NCBI GenBank assembly: GCA_043815505.1
Contig: JBDRIV010000002.1
Span: 182,943 to 246,942 of the forward strand
Direction: 5' to 3'
DNA from: a bacterium
Lineage (GTDB): Bacteria > Patescibacteriota > JABMPQ01 > JBDRIV01
Length of the DNA: 64,000 bases
How positions within the stretch are numbered: the first letter of the stretch is position 1; the number at the start of each line of letters is the position of its first letter. This document shows positions 31,869 to 41,953 of this stretch, in pieces. The position numbers were made by a program, and so were the translations under genes. The notes beneath the pieces were generated by a model. The model was not told the DNA's origin. It saw nothing but the letters and a program-made list of their open reading frames with translations, and made no database searches.

Positions 31869-32729
31869 ATGCGATCTTTCAAAAACCTGTTTTGTCTAGT
31901 GGCGCTCATTATGTGCACGCTCATGTGCATGATGGCGCCAAACCTGGTCACCGCTCAGCAACTTCAGAATGATGAACGAATGATCGACGAAGCCATGGCA
32001 AACTTAATGGCTGCTGAAGAAGGTGAGGAAACCATTGATCTTTTCGCAAGTTATCCGCAAGAATTGCGAAAGAAAATTCAGGAAAGAATCGTTGATGAGG
32101 GAATAGAATTGCATCCGGACGTTCCTGATTGGACATTGCCCTCTGCACAAGTAGTTATCGAGGAGATGTCATTGAATCCTGATGATGTCATCGCGGTTCA
32201 GCACATGGTATTTTATGATGAGGATGATACCATTTTGGGTGATTATGATACTGTTATCACTAATAACAATTGGTATTATCTTAATCTTAATACTGGCTCC
32301 ATCAGGTTAAAAGAACCTCGAACCACTGATGGGCGAGTGATATCTGATGTTTATGGTGTTAGCTGTCAACGAACTGAAGGTTCGTGTACATCATCAGAAT
32401 GGGTTGTGAATTTCTGGTTTCCAACTTGTTTTGAAATGCACCCAGACTATGACGGTAGAATTAGTGGTGTAGTTGATGCTTGGTTCAACTTATCACCGAA
32501 TTGCTGGATTTGCTGTGGTCACCCATGTACATATGGTTTTTGTAGCAGTAAAGCTTGGCCAGAATTTGGATATGATGGTTGGTACTCTTTTCAAGATTGT
32601 AGTCCGCGCTGGTCAATAAAGAATGGTAAGCAAGTACAAAAACGTTGGTACTACTCACTAAGAAATTGTGGGTTTTCCAGTCGATATATCGCCAGTAGGA
32701 TTCATACTAGGATCGAGTACACTCCATAA
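31869..32729 (+). CDS. Secreted Cys/Trp-rich protein of unknown function, with locally higher GC
   Basis: Signal peptide MRSFKNLFCLVALIMCTLMCMMAPNLVTAQQ. The C-terminal half has about 12 Cys and many Trp (CWICCGHPCTYGFC...). Its codon usage looks different from the neighbouring genes. Confidence 0.6.
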   Translation: MRSFKNLFCLVALIMCTLMCMMAPNLVTAQQLQNDERMIDEAMANLMAAEEGEETIDLFASYPQELRKKIQERIVDEGIELHPDVPDWTLPSAQVVIEEMSLNPDDVIAVQHMVFYDEDDTILGDYDTVITNNNWYYLNLNTGSIRLKEPRTTDGRVISDVYGVSCQRTEGSCTSSEWVVNFWFPTCFEMHPDYDGRISGVVDAWFNLSPNCWICCGHPCTYGFCSSKAWPEFGYDGWYSFQDCSPRWSIKNGKQVQKRWYYSLRNCGFSSRYIASRIHTRIEYTP

Positions 32730-32739
32730 AAACAATGAT

Positions 32740-32775
32740 GTCACCTGCTCAATAAAATGGGCAGGTGACACTTAA
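32740..32775. terminator. Hairpin after the Cys-rich gene, flanked by A-rich sequence on both sides
   Basis: gtcacctgc-tcaataaaatgg-gcaggtgac. Confidence 0.4.
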
Positions 32776-32788
32776 AAAATAAAATCAC

Positions 32789-33076
32789 ATGGTTAAGAAA
32801 ATTCTATATCCATTATTAGCAATAATTTCATTTATGCTATTTAGCCTAATAATATCTTATGTTATTGGGCTTGGTTTTGCTTTGTACGATCATTTTAGTG
32901 GCCAATCTATCAATGAAGATTATTTGTTTAAAATGCACTATTATATATCTTTATTAATGACATTAATAGTAGTTACCATAATAATGTTAAGCAAGAAGCC
33001 GAAGTGGTTGGCATATTGTGCTCTTATTGGTTTTTTTATTGAGTTTTCGTTATTCTCGGGATTTCCATTTATTTAA
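32789..33076 (+). CDS. Small polytopic membrane protein
   Basis: 95 aa with three hydrophobic segments. Confidence 0.45.
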   Translation: MVKKILYPLLAIISFMLFSLIISYVIGLGFALYDHFSGQSINEDYLFKMHYYISLLMTLIVVTIIMLSKKPKWLAYCALIGFFIEFSLFSGFPFI

Positions 33077-33087
33077 TTAATCAAAAC

Positions 33088-33564
33088 ATGAAATATAGGC
33101 ACATAATAAATATAGGGTTAACTGCTTTCTTTTTAGCATTAATAATTGGTGGTTGGTATTTTGTTAATTATCACTCTCTCTGGAGTTTTGGTAATAAGGT
33201 TGTAGAACCATACAAAGATTTTCAATATCAGAATGAATTGACTTGTTATATTGTTCATTCAACCAGAAGTGATGCAACCGCTTGGCAACGATACAATTTT
33301 ATAGAGAAAGAATTTAAATTAAAAGATTTAAATTCTGATAATCCCAAGATTAATATGAGAGAAGATTATTGGTATGATCTAAAGAAAGTAAATGATGATG
33401 AATACTATGTTTTATTGCAGAACACTGATCCTGGTTTCTTAACTCAGACAATAGGAATAATGAAAGACAATGGATCAATGGTAAGAACAAAAACTGAAAC
33501 AAATGGAGGTACGTGGAAATTTCATGACGCCGTTGCTCAAAAGGGTAGATGTTTAAATAAATAA
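33088..33564 (+). CDS. Membrane-anchored hypothetical protein
   Basis: N-terminal TM helix followed by a soluble domain. I recognise no family. Confidence 0.45.
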   Translation: MKYRHIINIGLTAFFLALIIGGWYFVNYHSLWSFGNKVVEPYKDFQYQNELTCYIVHSTRSDATAWQRYNFIEKEFKLKDLNSDNPKINMREDYWYDLKKVNDDEYYVLLQNTDPGFLTQTIGIMKDNGSMVRTKTETNGGTWKFHDAVAQKGRCLNK

Positions 33565-33577
33565 TTAATCAAACAAA

Positions 33578-34507
33578 ATGAAAAAAATCTTTCTAACACT
33601 TTTTGTAATAATTGTTTGTGGTTTGGGGATTTACATATATCTAGATTCCTATAATCCACCAGTAGAAATAAGTGCCCAATTAGACGAATTGGAAATAAAG
33701 AAACCAGTTTTAGTTTACATGAATGCTGTTGAAGGCGCAGATAAAAATGATGTTAAACCTGGTGTATATATTAAAAGCATTGATGGAAGGGTTTCTGCTA
33801 GGTTTAATACTTTTGCCTATGCAAATATGGAATTTATAACTCCGACCGAAATGTTAATCTATGGAAATATGAATGACAATGAAAAAGCTGGTTTGTATAA
33901 AATTTCAGTCAGCGGTATAGAAGAAACTGACGTGGCTGATAATTACGTTTTTGAAAAACCGTCTATTTCGCCGACAAAAGAATTTATACGATCAGGAGAA
34001 GATGAAAATTTGTGTATTGCGACTTATGATGAAAAAGAAAAATTAGTTGGTTCTTGTCAAAAAGTGGTAGATAAAATTCCCGGTGAATGGAATTGGGAAG
34101 ATGATTATTATGTTGATAGTAACTGGAAAACAGGAGTAGATGAATATGTAATAAGAATTAGAAGTAAGAAAGAAAGCTATTTTGAATCATCACCAAATTC
34201 CGGTCAGCTTCCATTGCAACTACAAAAAGAAGTAGCTCGCTATGTTTATAATGCTAAAAGCCAAACACTGGTAGAAGATGATTTAGACAATCCAATATCT
34301 TTAAAGGGTTCTAACGAATTTATGCAAGAAAACGATTGGCAAAAAATAAATAAATTTAGAGAAAACTATAAAATTACTGGAAATTATAAGGAAAAAGCTG
34401 TTATAATCAAAGATCTAAATACTGAACAAGTTGCCAAACTATTTGATGCACCGTATATGAAAGACATTCCTATTTTTGATATGAAATACTTCGGTGGATA
34501 TTTGTAA
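33578..34507 (+). CDS. Membrane-anchored hypothetical protein
   Basis: N-terminal TM helix (IFLTLFVIIVCGLGIYIYL). 309 aa. Confidence 0.5.
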   Translation: MKKIFLTLFVIIVCGLGIYIYLDSYNPPVEISAQLDELEIKKPVLVYMNAVEGADKNDVKPGVYIKSIDGRVSARFNTFAYANMEFITPTEMLIYGNMNDNEKAGLYKISVSGIEETDVADNYVFEKPSISPTKEFIRSGEDENLCIATYDEKEKLVGSCQKVVDKIPGEWNWEDDYYVDSNWKTGVDEYVIRIRSKKESYFESSPNSGQLPLQLQKEVARYVYNAKSQTLVEDDLDNPISLKGSNEFMQENDWQKINKFRENYKITGNYKEKAVIIKDLNTEQVAKLFDAPYMKDIPIFDMKYFGGYL

Positions 34508-34627
34508 AATAAAATCCCTAGCACTTTTGAAAAAGTCTGGGGTTGATATAGAGTCGAATATAATCTAAAACCTAAAACTTCTGTCTAAAACCTAAATCAA
34601 ATTTCAAAAATTCTGGAGGGTGAGAAA

Positions 34628-36022
34628 ATGTTGAAGAAAGTTGCGTGTTTGTTTGTGTTGTTGATGTCGGTTTCGTTTTCAATAATAACTGGGGAGCAAT
34701 ATCTCCCTTTTATTATTGACGAAATTTGGCGATGTGATCAGGGTAATAATTCTAGTCCCTCTCATTATGGTCGTTTAGCCTACGCTTGGGATTTTAACCA
34801 AGGGAGTGGTTGGGACGATTTCAAAAAACCTTGCATAGCAACTGCTTCTGGCTCTATAGTTTATAGAGGTTGGAAATCTGGTTGGGGCTACTGCGTTGTG
34901 CAAAAATTTGGTGATTTCCAATATGGTTTGTATGCGCATTTGCAGGAAATTTTTGTGCATACCGGTGAATATGTGGATCGGAGTCAAATAATTGGTTTGA
35001 TAGGAAATTCTGGAACCAGTTCACCACACTTGCACTATCAAAGACAAAAAGGAGCTGACCCTAACAGCTGGTCAATCCCTTCAAGTTTCAATGATGCTGG
35101 CGTTCCAATTGAAGGAGGTTACTACACTTCACAAAACAGACTTCTACTTGACTGGGCCTTTAATCGTTATGGGTCAAACAAATTAGGTTACTACGAAGGT
35201 GGTGGCGTAAATCCCAACCATCCTTGGTATGAATCATGGGACAGATTCAATTTACGCGATGTCAACCGAGGCAATGTGGCCACCAATTGCGTAATCAATC
35301 ACTACAACGGAGGTGACTTTTGGGATTCAGCTTTAGTTTATGATGCCATCAACGGAGCGCGCGAAGCGCGCGTGCTTCATTCTGGTTTTTGGGTTAATTG
35401 GACCAACCAAGGTGGTCCAAATTCTTCTTTGGGGATGCCAATAACTGATGAATATGATCAGACGCATTTCGGTGGACCAGCTGAAGCGCGGCAGGATTTT
35501 CAGCTTGGTTATTTATATTACAAAGACGGGCAGGGAATATCACAGCATCAATATCCATATGGCAATTGTCCAGGGATGTTTGAAACTGGTTGGATGCCGG
35601 AGTTTTCTTACCTTTTTGCCGATGAATATAATCGGCAAGGTGCGCGCAATGTGGTAGGAGAGCCGTGGTCAATGAATGGTGTGACGGCCGCTGCTCATTT
35701 TTGGCAAGGAATTCCTGTTCAAGATTTTTATAATCCCGAAACTGGCCATTGGTCACTGCTGATGTTTTGTCCGGAAACTGGTGATGTTTATCGTATCAAA
35801 GAACCTTTTTGGTCATGCTACCGCGGGCAAAGTGGAATGGATGGTTGGATGGGATATGTAACTTGTGATGAATTTTCAGTCGGTAGTAATCCGAATCATC
35901 TGCAACAAAACTTTCATCATGGTTACATTGAAGTTATAGATGATATAGCTGAAGTGCATGAATGGGGAGGAAGAATTCATAGTGTTAGTTTTGTTGACCG
36001 CAGTGATGTAATTTCAGACTAA
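34628..36022 (+). CDS. Secreted M23-family metallopeptidase with C-terminal LGFP-like repeats
   Basis: Shine-Dalgarno sequence ggagggtgag. Signal peptide present. GNSGTSSPHLHYQ is the M23 HxH-region pattern. Later, GGPNSSLGMPITDEY...QLGYLYY is LGFP-like. Confidence 0.7.
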   Translation: MLKKVACLFVLLMSVSFSIITGEQYLPFIIDEIWRCDQGNNSSPSHYGRLAYAWDFNQGSGWDDFKKPCIATASGSIVYRGWKSGWGYCVVQKFGDFQYGLYAHLQEIFVHTGEYVDRSQIIGLIGNSGTSSPHLHYQRQKGADPNSWSIPSSFNDAGVPIEGGYYTSQNRLLLDWAFNRYGSNKLGYYEGGGVNPNHPWYESWDRFNLRDVNRGNVATNCVINHYNGGDFWDSALVYDAINGAREARVLHSGFWVNWTNQGGPNSSLGMPITDEYDQTHFGGPAEARQDFQLGYLYYKDGQGISQHQYPYGNCPGMFETGWMPEFSYLFADEYNRQGARNVVGEPWSMNGVTAAAHFWQGIPVQDFYNPETGHWSLLMFCPETGDVYRIKEPFWSCYRGQSGMDGWMGYVTCDEFSVGSNPNHLQQNFHHGYIEVIDDIAEVHEWGGRIHSVSFVDRSDVISD

Positions 36023-36045
36023 CTCGTTCATTTAAATAAAAAAAA

Positions 36046-36080
36046 GCGGCGGTTTCTATAAAAGAAACCGCCGCACTTCT
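36046..36080. terminator. Bidirectional terminator between convergent genes
   Basis: gcggcggtttct-ataaa-agaaaccgccgc. A-rich sequence lies upstream and T-rich downstream, so it would serve both strands. Confidence 0.7.
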
Positions 36081-36299
36081 TTAAAACAATCATTTCCCCA
36101 ACCTGGGATGAGCCCTCCTACGCTAAAGCTTCGGGCGGGCAGGGTCGAGCTGATAGTGAGCTTCAAAAATCAACCACCGCGAGGCGCTTTTAGCTACCTT
36201 TTGGCGGTAAAAGGTAGAGGAAAAACATTATTGCTAAAGAGTGAAAATCTCAGAAAAATTAAAATACCTTTCGTTTTAAGGCATATTAATTTGAATTAT
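36081..36299. ncRNA. Candidate structured RNA or 3'UTR element: a GC-rich ~220-nt intergenic block with several hairpins
   Basis: GC is much higher than the surrounding sequence (gagccctcctacgctaaagcttcgggcgggcagggtcgagc...). Hairpins include ctacctttt-ggcggt-aaaaggtag. I see no Shine-Dalgarno sequence or plausible ORF. The track ORF 36108..36320 is probably an artefact of the GC-rich stretch. Confidence 0.3.
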
Positions 36300-39014
36300 T
36301 TATTTCTGATCACTAGCTAATAAGTGAGGGGAATCACTTTTTGGTGCTTTAATAGGCACCAATAATGTGAAGGTGGTTCCGTGTCCTTTCCCTTTACTAT
36401 TAACAACAACCTTGCCACCATGAGTCTCAATAATTTTCTTGATAATATATAATCCCAAACCAGAACCGTCAGCATTAACTTTAGCAATTCCACGGGCGCG
36501 CACAAATTTTTCAAACAGTTTATCAACTTCATTCGGATCAATTCCCACACCAGTGTCTCTCACATTTATATGAACATATTTTTCGTCAATATCACAAGTC
36601 ACATCCACACTTCCTTTTAGTGTATATTTAATAGCGTTATCTAAAAGGTTGGTAACAGCAATGCGCATTTTGTCTGGATCAACAAATAGAACTGGATATT
36701 TTTTGTGAGGTTTTTTCCAATTTAGTTTAAGACCTTTGTTTTTAGCGCGAATTTGAAACTCGCTTACCACACTGGTTACTAAATCTGTTATTTGAATTTC
36801 GGTTCTATCCAAACGGAAACGACTGGATTCTATGCGGGAAACATTTAAGAATATATCAATAAGTCGGACCAAGCGTTCAATATTTTCCAAGTTAGTATTA
36901 ACAATTCTTTTTTGTTCTTTGGTCATTTTACCGAAGTCGCCTTCAGAAAGCATAGAAAGATAGCCTTTAATTCCTGATACCGGTGTGCGCAATTGGTGAG
37001 CAGCCACCGATAAAAATTCTGACTTGGCTTCATCAAGCTCTTTCAAGTGAGCATTAGCTTCAGCTAATTTAGCGGTAGCTTTCTTAACTTCAATTTTTAG
37101 TTTATCAGCAAATTGTTGAGTTTCACTATAAAGACGGGCGTTTTCAATAGCAATAGCTGCTTGGTTAGCTAAAGCTTTTAAGATGCTTAAATTAATCTCT
37201 GAAAGCGGACGGTTTGTTTTGGCATTATCAACTCCAATTACACCCAAAACCTTATCTTTGGTCATCAGAGGAAGGGCGATAAAAGCCTTGGTGCCCAGTT
37301 TCTGAATATGTTCTTTATTAACAAATTTATTTGCTTCAGCATTTTCGACTACTACAGTTTTACGGCGATCAATTACTTGGCCTAAGATACTAGTTTTTGG
37401 ATCAATGCAAATATTTTTGTAGAGATTTTCATCATCACCTCGTCCCATGGTGGCATACAGGCAATTATCTTCTTCTTTAAGTAAATAAAGCAAAGCGCGG
37501 TCGGAATTGGAAGAATCAATTACAGCATCCATAACATAATTTAAGGTTTTTTCTTCTTCCAAAGTAGCGTTAATAGCCTTACCTAAATCATACAATGTAG
37601 AAAGTTCCTTAACGCGTTGTTTTGTTTCTTCGTAAAGATTAGCGTTGTCTATGGAGGTAGCAATTTGTGGTGACAAAGTATCAAGTAACTCCAAATCTTC
37701 TGGCGAAAACATGTCTCCGGAAAGTTTGGCACCAATTACCAATGTTCCAATTAAGCGACCTTTCAAAATTATGGGTGTTACTAAATCTGAATCTAAATCT
37801 CGTAAATAGTCTGTAACTTCCTCAACTGTTTTTTTGTAAGTTTCATCTGGAGAACTTTCCATTTTGTGTTCCAGCTCATTAAAAACCACTGTACTTTTTT
37901 CTTTATTTAAAAATTTGTACAGTGGGGAATTGAATTCAAGTTTTTCTAATTTTTCATGCTTAAAACCATCGTTAGCTATAGCTTCGTTACCAGCCTGATG
38001 ATTCCAAAGTACCAGTGCAATGCTGTCTATTTTTAATATGTGTTTTAAATCTTTGATTATGCTTTTTGAAAGTTGTTTTAATTCAATGGTTTGGCTTACT
38101 TTGCGGCTTAAATCTTTCAAAGTTTCGTTGTAATCGTATTTGTCTTTGAAAAAGATTTTATCAGTTGCCTTACGCAACCAATCACGTAGGGGATTATACC
38201 CAATAGCAACTAGTACAGCGCTTATAATGGCACCAGTCATAGTTCCGCCAAACAACTGACCGAAAAATATAATAGACACAGCAAAAACGGAAGTAATAAT
38301 TAGAACCAGAACCGAATATGTTATAGACCGTACGATAAAGATTCGAATGTCCATTAAACGGTGTTTTACAATTGCGTATGTTGCAAAGGAAACAAAAAAT
38401 ACTAAAGCATAAGGTCCAAATTTACTATATATAAAATTTCCTGTAATACTTGGCAATATAAGATTTGTAAGTAAACCAATGGTTAAGCTAATAAATAATC
38501 CTAATGCAAAATACTTAAATTGAATTCTAACGTTACCTTTTGTTTTTATATAGCTGCGAATTAAAGCATATATTGATCCTATGAAGAAAATTAAAGCATA
38601 TATCAAGAAAAGGAAATATAGTTTTCCAGTTATAACTGTTACCCCAGATTCATATCTTTCAACATTTTCAATAATCAAATCGGTTAGAAGTAAAATAGAA
38701 ATTAATAAAGGTAATATATTTGTAAAATAGAAGAAGTACTTATTAAGATTAAATATTCTTTTTGGAAAGATAATAGAAAATCTTAATAGTGACCATGCAA
38801 TGAAAATTGCAGCCATGAATGTAATCCTTGTCCAAACTAAGCCATTATTAAGTGAATTATCAGACATGTAATTAGATACTGACCAAAAAATAATAAAAAG
38901 AATTAACAGGGCAAAGTAAATATTAATTTTATTTTTCCTGTTTTTATACAAGACAATAGCTCCAAGGGAAGCATTGATTATTTGTAGTATTATTAAATAG
39001 AATATTTCACTCAT
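36300..39014 (-). CDS. Sensor histidine kinase: N-terminal multi-TM sensor, two GAF domains, HisKA and HATPase_c
   Basis: About seven N-terminal TM helices. H-box LSVAAHQLRTPVSGIKGYLSML. G-boxes DTGVGIDP...GSGLGLYIIKKI. No adjacent response regulator. Confidence 0.85.
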   Translation of the reverse strand: MSEIFYLIILQIINASLGAIVLYKNRKNKINIYFALLILFIIFWSVSNYMSDNSLNNGLVWTRITFMAAIFIAWSLLRFSIIFPKRIFNLNKYFFYFTNILPLLISILLLTDLIIENVERYESGVTVITGKLYFLFLIYALIFFIGSIYALIRSYIKTKGNVRIQFKYFALGLFISLTIGLLTNLILPSITGNFIYSKFGPYALVFFVSFATYAIVKHRLMDIRIFIVRSITYSVLVLIITSVFAVSIIFFGQLFGGTMTGAIISAVLVAIGYNPLRDWLRKATDKIFFKDKYDYNETLKDLSRKVSQTIELKQLSKSIIKDLKHILKIDSIALVLWNHQAGNEAIANDGFKHEKLEKLEFNSPLYKFLNKEKSTVVFNELEHKMESSPDETYKKTVEEVTDYLRDLDSDLVTPIILKGRLIGTLVIGAKLSGDMFSPEDLELLDTLSPQIATSIDNANLYEETKQRVKELSTLYDLGKAINATLEEEKTLNYVMDAVIDSSNSDRALLYLLKEEDNCLYATMGRGDDENLYKNICIDPKTSILGQVIDRRKTVVVENAEANKFVNKEHIQKLGTKAFIALPLMTKDKVLGVIGVDNAKTNRPLSEINLSILKALANQAAIAIENARLYSETQQFADKLKIEVKKATAKLAEANAHLKELDEAKSEFLSVAAHQLRTPVSGIKGYLSMLSEGDFGKMTKEQKRIVNTNLENIERLVRLIDIFLNVSRIESSRFRLDRTEIQITDLVTSVVSEFQIRAKNKGLKLNWKKPHKKYPVLFVDPDKMRIAVTNLLDNAIKYTLKGSVDVTCDIDEKYVHINVRDTGVGIDPNEVDKLFEKFVRARGIAKVNADGSGLGLYIIKKIIETHGGKVVVNSKGKGHGTTFTLLVPIKAPKSDSPHLLASDQK

Positions 39015-39108
39015 CGTAAATAAGCAATATAATAAGTAATTTATTATATTTTACCTTTTTCATTATATAAAAACAAACCAGACTCAACCTTGTGGATATA
39101 TTGTCTGG

Positions 39109-39684
39109 TTATATAGCAATCTTCTGGAGGACGATTCTTTCTGGATATCTTCTTGAATAATGTTCCACCGCTTCATATATATTTATATATATAGAAACAC
39201 TTTTAGATCCCATATACTCTTTTTTCCCTCCTAAGCGATGAAAAACAATATTAAGACTTCGAAGTAATCTGATCAAACGTACATCGGCAGCAGCATACCA
39301 ATGAACAAGACCATGATTGAAACCAACCTCACAAGCTTTTATGAGTAATCCAATCATTACATCGTGATTCTCATTGCTGCCCTTTTTGACTACTAGGCGC
39401 GAAACTTCCACACTGGGTACTTTCTTGTCATCAATTGGAAAATGGGATTCCATTGGGAACGTATCACAGACAATCAACCTAACTCCTCCAACTACTTTAT
39501 CCCTTTCATTATTCAAACGTGCAATAATGTGAAGTGACTTTTTATCGAACTCGTCGGTTTCAAGAGGTTCTGGATATATCGACGGATCGATATAATTCTG
39601 TTCCTTATATACTTCGTATCTCAGTTTGTAGAAAAGTTTAAGATCCTCTGGCGTTGCAAGCCTGAACATTATTTCTTTAGACAC
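39109..39684 (-). CDS. GNAT-fold acyltransferase-like protein (N-acyl amino acid / autoinducer-synthase-like)
   Basis: FRLATPEDLKLFYKLRYEVYKEQ...VVGGVRLI resembles the LuxI / N-acyl-amino-acid-synthase N-terminal signature. Confidence 0.4.
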   Translation of the reverse strand: MSKEIMFRLATPEDLKLFYKLRYEVYKEQNYIDPSIYPEPLETDEFDKKSLHIIARLNNERDKVVGGVRLIVCDTFPMESHFPIDDKKVPSVEVSRLVVKKGSNENHDVMIGLLIKACEVGFNHGLVHWYAAADVRLIRLLRSLNIVFHRLGGKKEYMGSKSVSIYINIYEAVEHYSRRYPERIVLQKIAI

Positions 39685-39701
39685 CTAGTCATCACCTCCT
39701 C

Positions 39702-40376
39702 TCAGTACTTTGCAATCACTAAGTAGTCAGAATCACCGTATGTTTTGGTGATTTTTACATGGTTAAAGTTAGAGAACAACCTTTTTATGTCATTCTCACT
39801 CATAAAATCATACGGACCTCTTTTGCAAAGAAAGGTTAGTATTGAATCAAAAAACCATACAAGAATAAGCGAAGGTATCGCTTTCAGGCTTGTGATTTGA
39901 TTCAAGGGATTTTTTGAGATTAGTTTTTTAATGTTCCAATCCTTGCTTGGAAATGTTGCTATGACCACCCCGTTTTTATTGAGAATGGTATGTAATCTGT
40001 TAACAACTTGAAGTCTATTAGGTTCTGTATAAAGAGAATCAATGATGATAATTCTATCAAAACTGATATTCTGATCATGAAAATGGCTTATCCCTTCAAA
40101 AAAATTACCTCTAACAAAGATCCCATTAGGGCAATTTTTCCTAGCAAACTTAATCATAATTTCCGAGATATCCACACCAAACCATTTGGTTTTTATATAA
40201 TCAGGCCATCTTTTTGTAATCGTGCTTGTGCCACAACCAAGGTCTAAAATATAGCTATTATTTAGCAGGTTATGCTGGAGATGTAAAATTACATCATCAA
40301 GTTTCTGGATATAGGGCCTAAAGTAATATAGACCCCCATATACAATTGCATACAGGTTCCAAAAAAGCTTTAACAT
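39702..40376 (-). CDS. Class I SAM-dependent methyltransferase
   Basis: Motif I ILDLGCGTSTIT and a Rossmann-type layout. Confidence 0.7.
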   Translation of the reverse strand: MLKLFWNLYAIVYGGLYYFRPYIQKLDDVILHLQHNLLNNSYILDLGCGTSTITKRWPDYIKTKWFGVDISEIMIKFARKNCPNGIFVRGNFFEGISHFHDQNISFDRIIIIDSLYTEPNRLQVVNRLHTILNKNGVVIATFPSKDWNIKKLISKNPLNQITSLKAIPSLILVWFFDSILTFLCKRGPYDFMSENDIKRLFSNFNHVKITKTYGDSDYLVIAKY

Positions 40377-40458
40377 TTTTCTACTCCCTATGTGAATGTG
40401 CGTATTTTTCTTATTTTATAGCCAAAGCATAATACAATAGTTAGGAATTGTCAATACT

Positions 40459-40486
40459 TTGACAAGACCTTATAAAAATATATAAT
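40459..40486 (+). promoter_or_regulatory. Sigma-70-like promoter (TTGACA, 16 nt, TATAAT) for the sensor paralogs
   Basis: ttgacaagaccttataaaaatatataat. Confidence 0.45.
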
Positions 40487-40581
40487 ATAATCACAATCAT
40501 GAAAGCTTGTTTCAACCATAGAATAGGGAAAAGGTACATGTTATAATATCTGGGGAACAGCTTTTTTATTTTATAGATTTT

Positions 40582-41952
40582 ATGAAGATAGATTTTATAT
40601 ATATTTTACAAATTATCGTAGCTGTTTTTGATTTACTTTTAGCTTTATATGTTTTTGCCAAAGGAAATAAGAATAATAAAAATATATTTTATGCTTTAAA
40701 TATTTTGGCGATTATTTTTTGGACGATTGGATTAATTTTGTTCCAATCGTTTTCTTTTGTTGGAGATAAACTTTGGATTACTATTTTGTATATAGCACCA
40801 ACCTTTACAGCTAGTACATTTTTAGCATTTTCATATTTTTTCCCCACTAAAGATAAGAGATATTCTAAAACAAAGATTATTTCAATATTTATTATAAATT
40901 TATCACTAATTATATTAATTCTAATACCCGATTTAATTGTAATTGAAGGAAGTGTTTTTGATGGAATTAAGGGAATAACACTTGGTCCTGCTTATTTTTT
41001 ATATGTTTTATATATTTTTGGATTTTATACAATCGCATTTACAAGAATATTTTTAAAACATTTTCAAGTTAATCGAATAGAGAAAAAACAGATAAAAATT
41101 CTATTAATTGGTTATATGATTGCAGCCAATGCAGCATTTATTACAAATCTATTTTTACCATGGATAGGCAATTTCTATTTTAATAGATTCGGACCAATGT
41201 TTTCATCAATTATGGTAGCAGTTGTTGCAATAGCCATCATCCGTTATCGCTTCATGGATATTCGAGTGGTAATTAAAAGAAGTTCAATTTACATTATAAC
41301 GGTTGTAATTGCCTTAGTTATTTATGCGGCGTTAATATTTTTATTTCAAACAGAAATATTTTCCAATTTAAATTTAAATAGCACAACCGCCACTCTAATT
41401 TTAACTGCTCTCATTATTGCCGGTGTGCCACTAATTCAAAAAGGAATTAAAACATTAACAGAAAAGGTTTTTACTAAGGAAGAATATGATCCGCAAAAAG
41501 CATTAGACAAGTTAGAAAAAATTACAATAGATAATCAATCACAAAATGTTATAGAAAAAGCAGAAGAAATTATCAAAAAACAATTAGGCGTAGAAAGCGT
41601 TAAAACAGAGACCAAGGATTTTAACAATGATCTTCTGACTAAATATTTAAATAAGAGAGGGGAGTCTGTGATTGTGAAAGAGGAGTTGGAATTTATTCAG
41701 CAGAGAAATTCTGATTTGAAAGAAGTTTTGGAAAGACTAAAATTATGGTTTAAATATAATCAATCTGATGTTGGAGTGATTCTTCAGAATCAGCAAAAAA
41801 TTATTGGAGTGGTGTTGCTTGGACCCAAAGAAAACAAAAAACCATATTCCGTGCAAGACATAGAATTTTTAAATCAATTCCAAGTACGAATTTCTATCGT
41901 GCTGGCCAATACACTTTTATATGAAAGTACAATTAATCAATTAAAGAAATAG
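40582..41952 (+). CDS. Truncated sensor paralog A: histidine-kinase-like multi-TM sensor domain plus a GAF-like C-terminal domain, with no transmitter
   Basis: It is homologous to the N-terminal region of the kinase at 36300-39014. FYALNILAIIFW matches YFALLILFIIFW. NRFGP...IRYRFMDIRVVIKRSSIY matches SKFGP...VKHRLMDIRIFIVRSITY. KVFTKEEYDPQKALDKL matches KIFFKDKYDYNETLKDL. It ends ...VRISIVLANTLLYESTI, like the end of a GAF domain. Confidence 0.75.
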   Translation: MKIDFIYILQIIVAVFDLLLALYVFAKGNKNNKNIFYALNILAIIFWTIGLILFQSFSFVGDKLWITILYIAPTFTASTFLAFSYFFPTKDKRYSKTKIISIFIINLSLIILILIPDLIVIEGSVFDGIKGITLGPAYFLYVLYIFGFYTIAFTRIFLKHFQVNRIEKKQIKILLIGYMIAANAAFITNLFLPWIGNFYFNRFGPMFSSIMVAVVAIAIIRYRFMDIRVVIKRSSIYIITVVIALVIYAALIFLFQTEIFSNLNLNSTTATLILTALIIAGVPLIQKGIKTLTEKVFTKEEYDPQKALDKLEKITIDNQSQNVIEKAEEIIKKQLGVESVKTETKDFNNDLLTKYLNKRGESVIVKEELEFIQQRNSDLKEVLERLKLWFKYNQSDVGVILQNQQKIIGVVLLGPKENKKPYSVQDIEFLNQFQVRISIVLANTLLYESTINQLKK

Positions 41953-41953
41953 C

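Noticed and set aside
31709-31951. 80-aa minus-strand ORF overlapping the start of the Cys-rich secreted protein gene
   Set aside because: It spans the 18-bp hairpin and the real gene's 5' end. There is no ribosome-binding site, and it is likely spurious.
36108-36320. 70-aa plus-strand ORF in the GC-rich intergenic block
   Set aside because: It has no ribosome-binding site and a Gly/Arg/Ala-rich translation typical of GC-rich non-coding sequence. I interpret the region as a structured RNA or 3'UTR instead.
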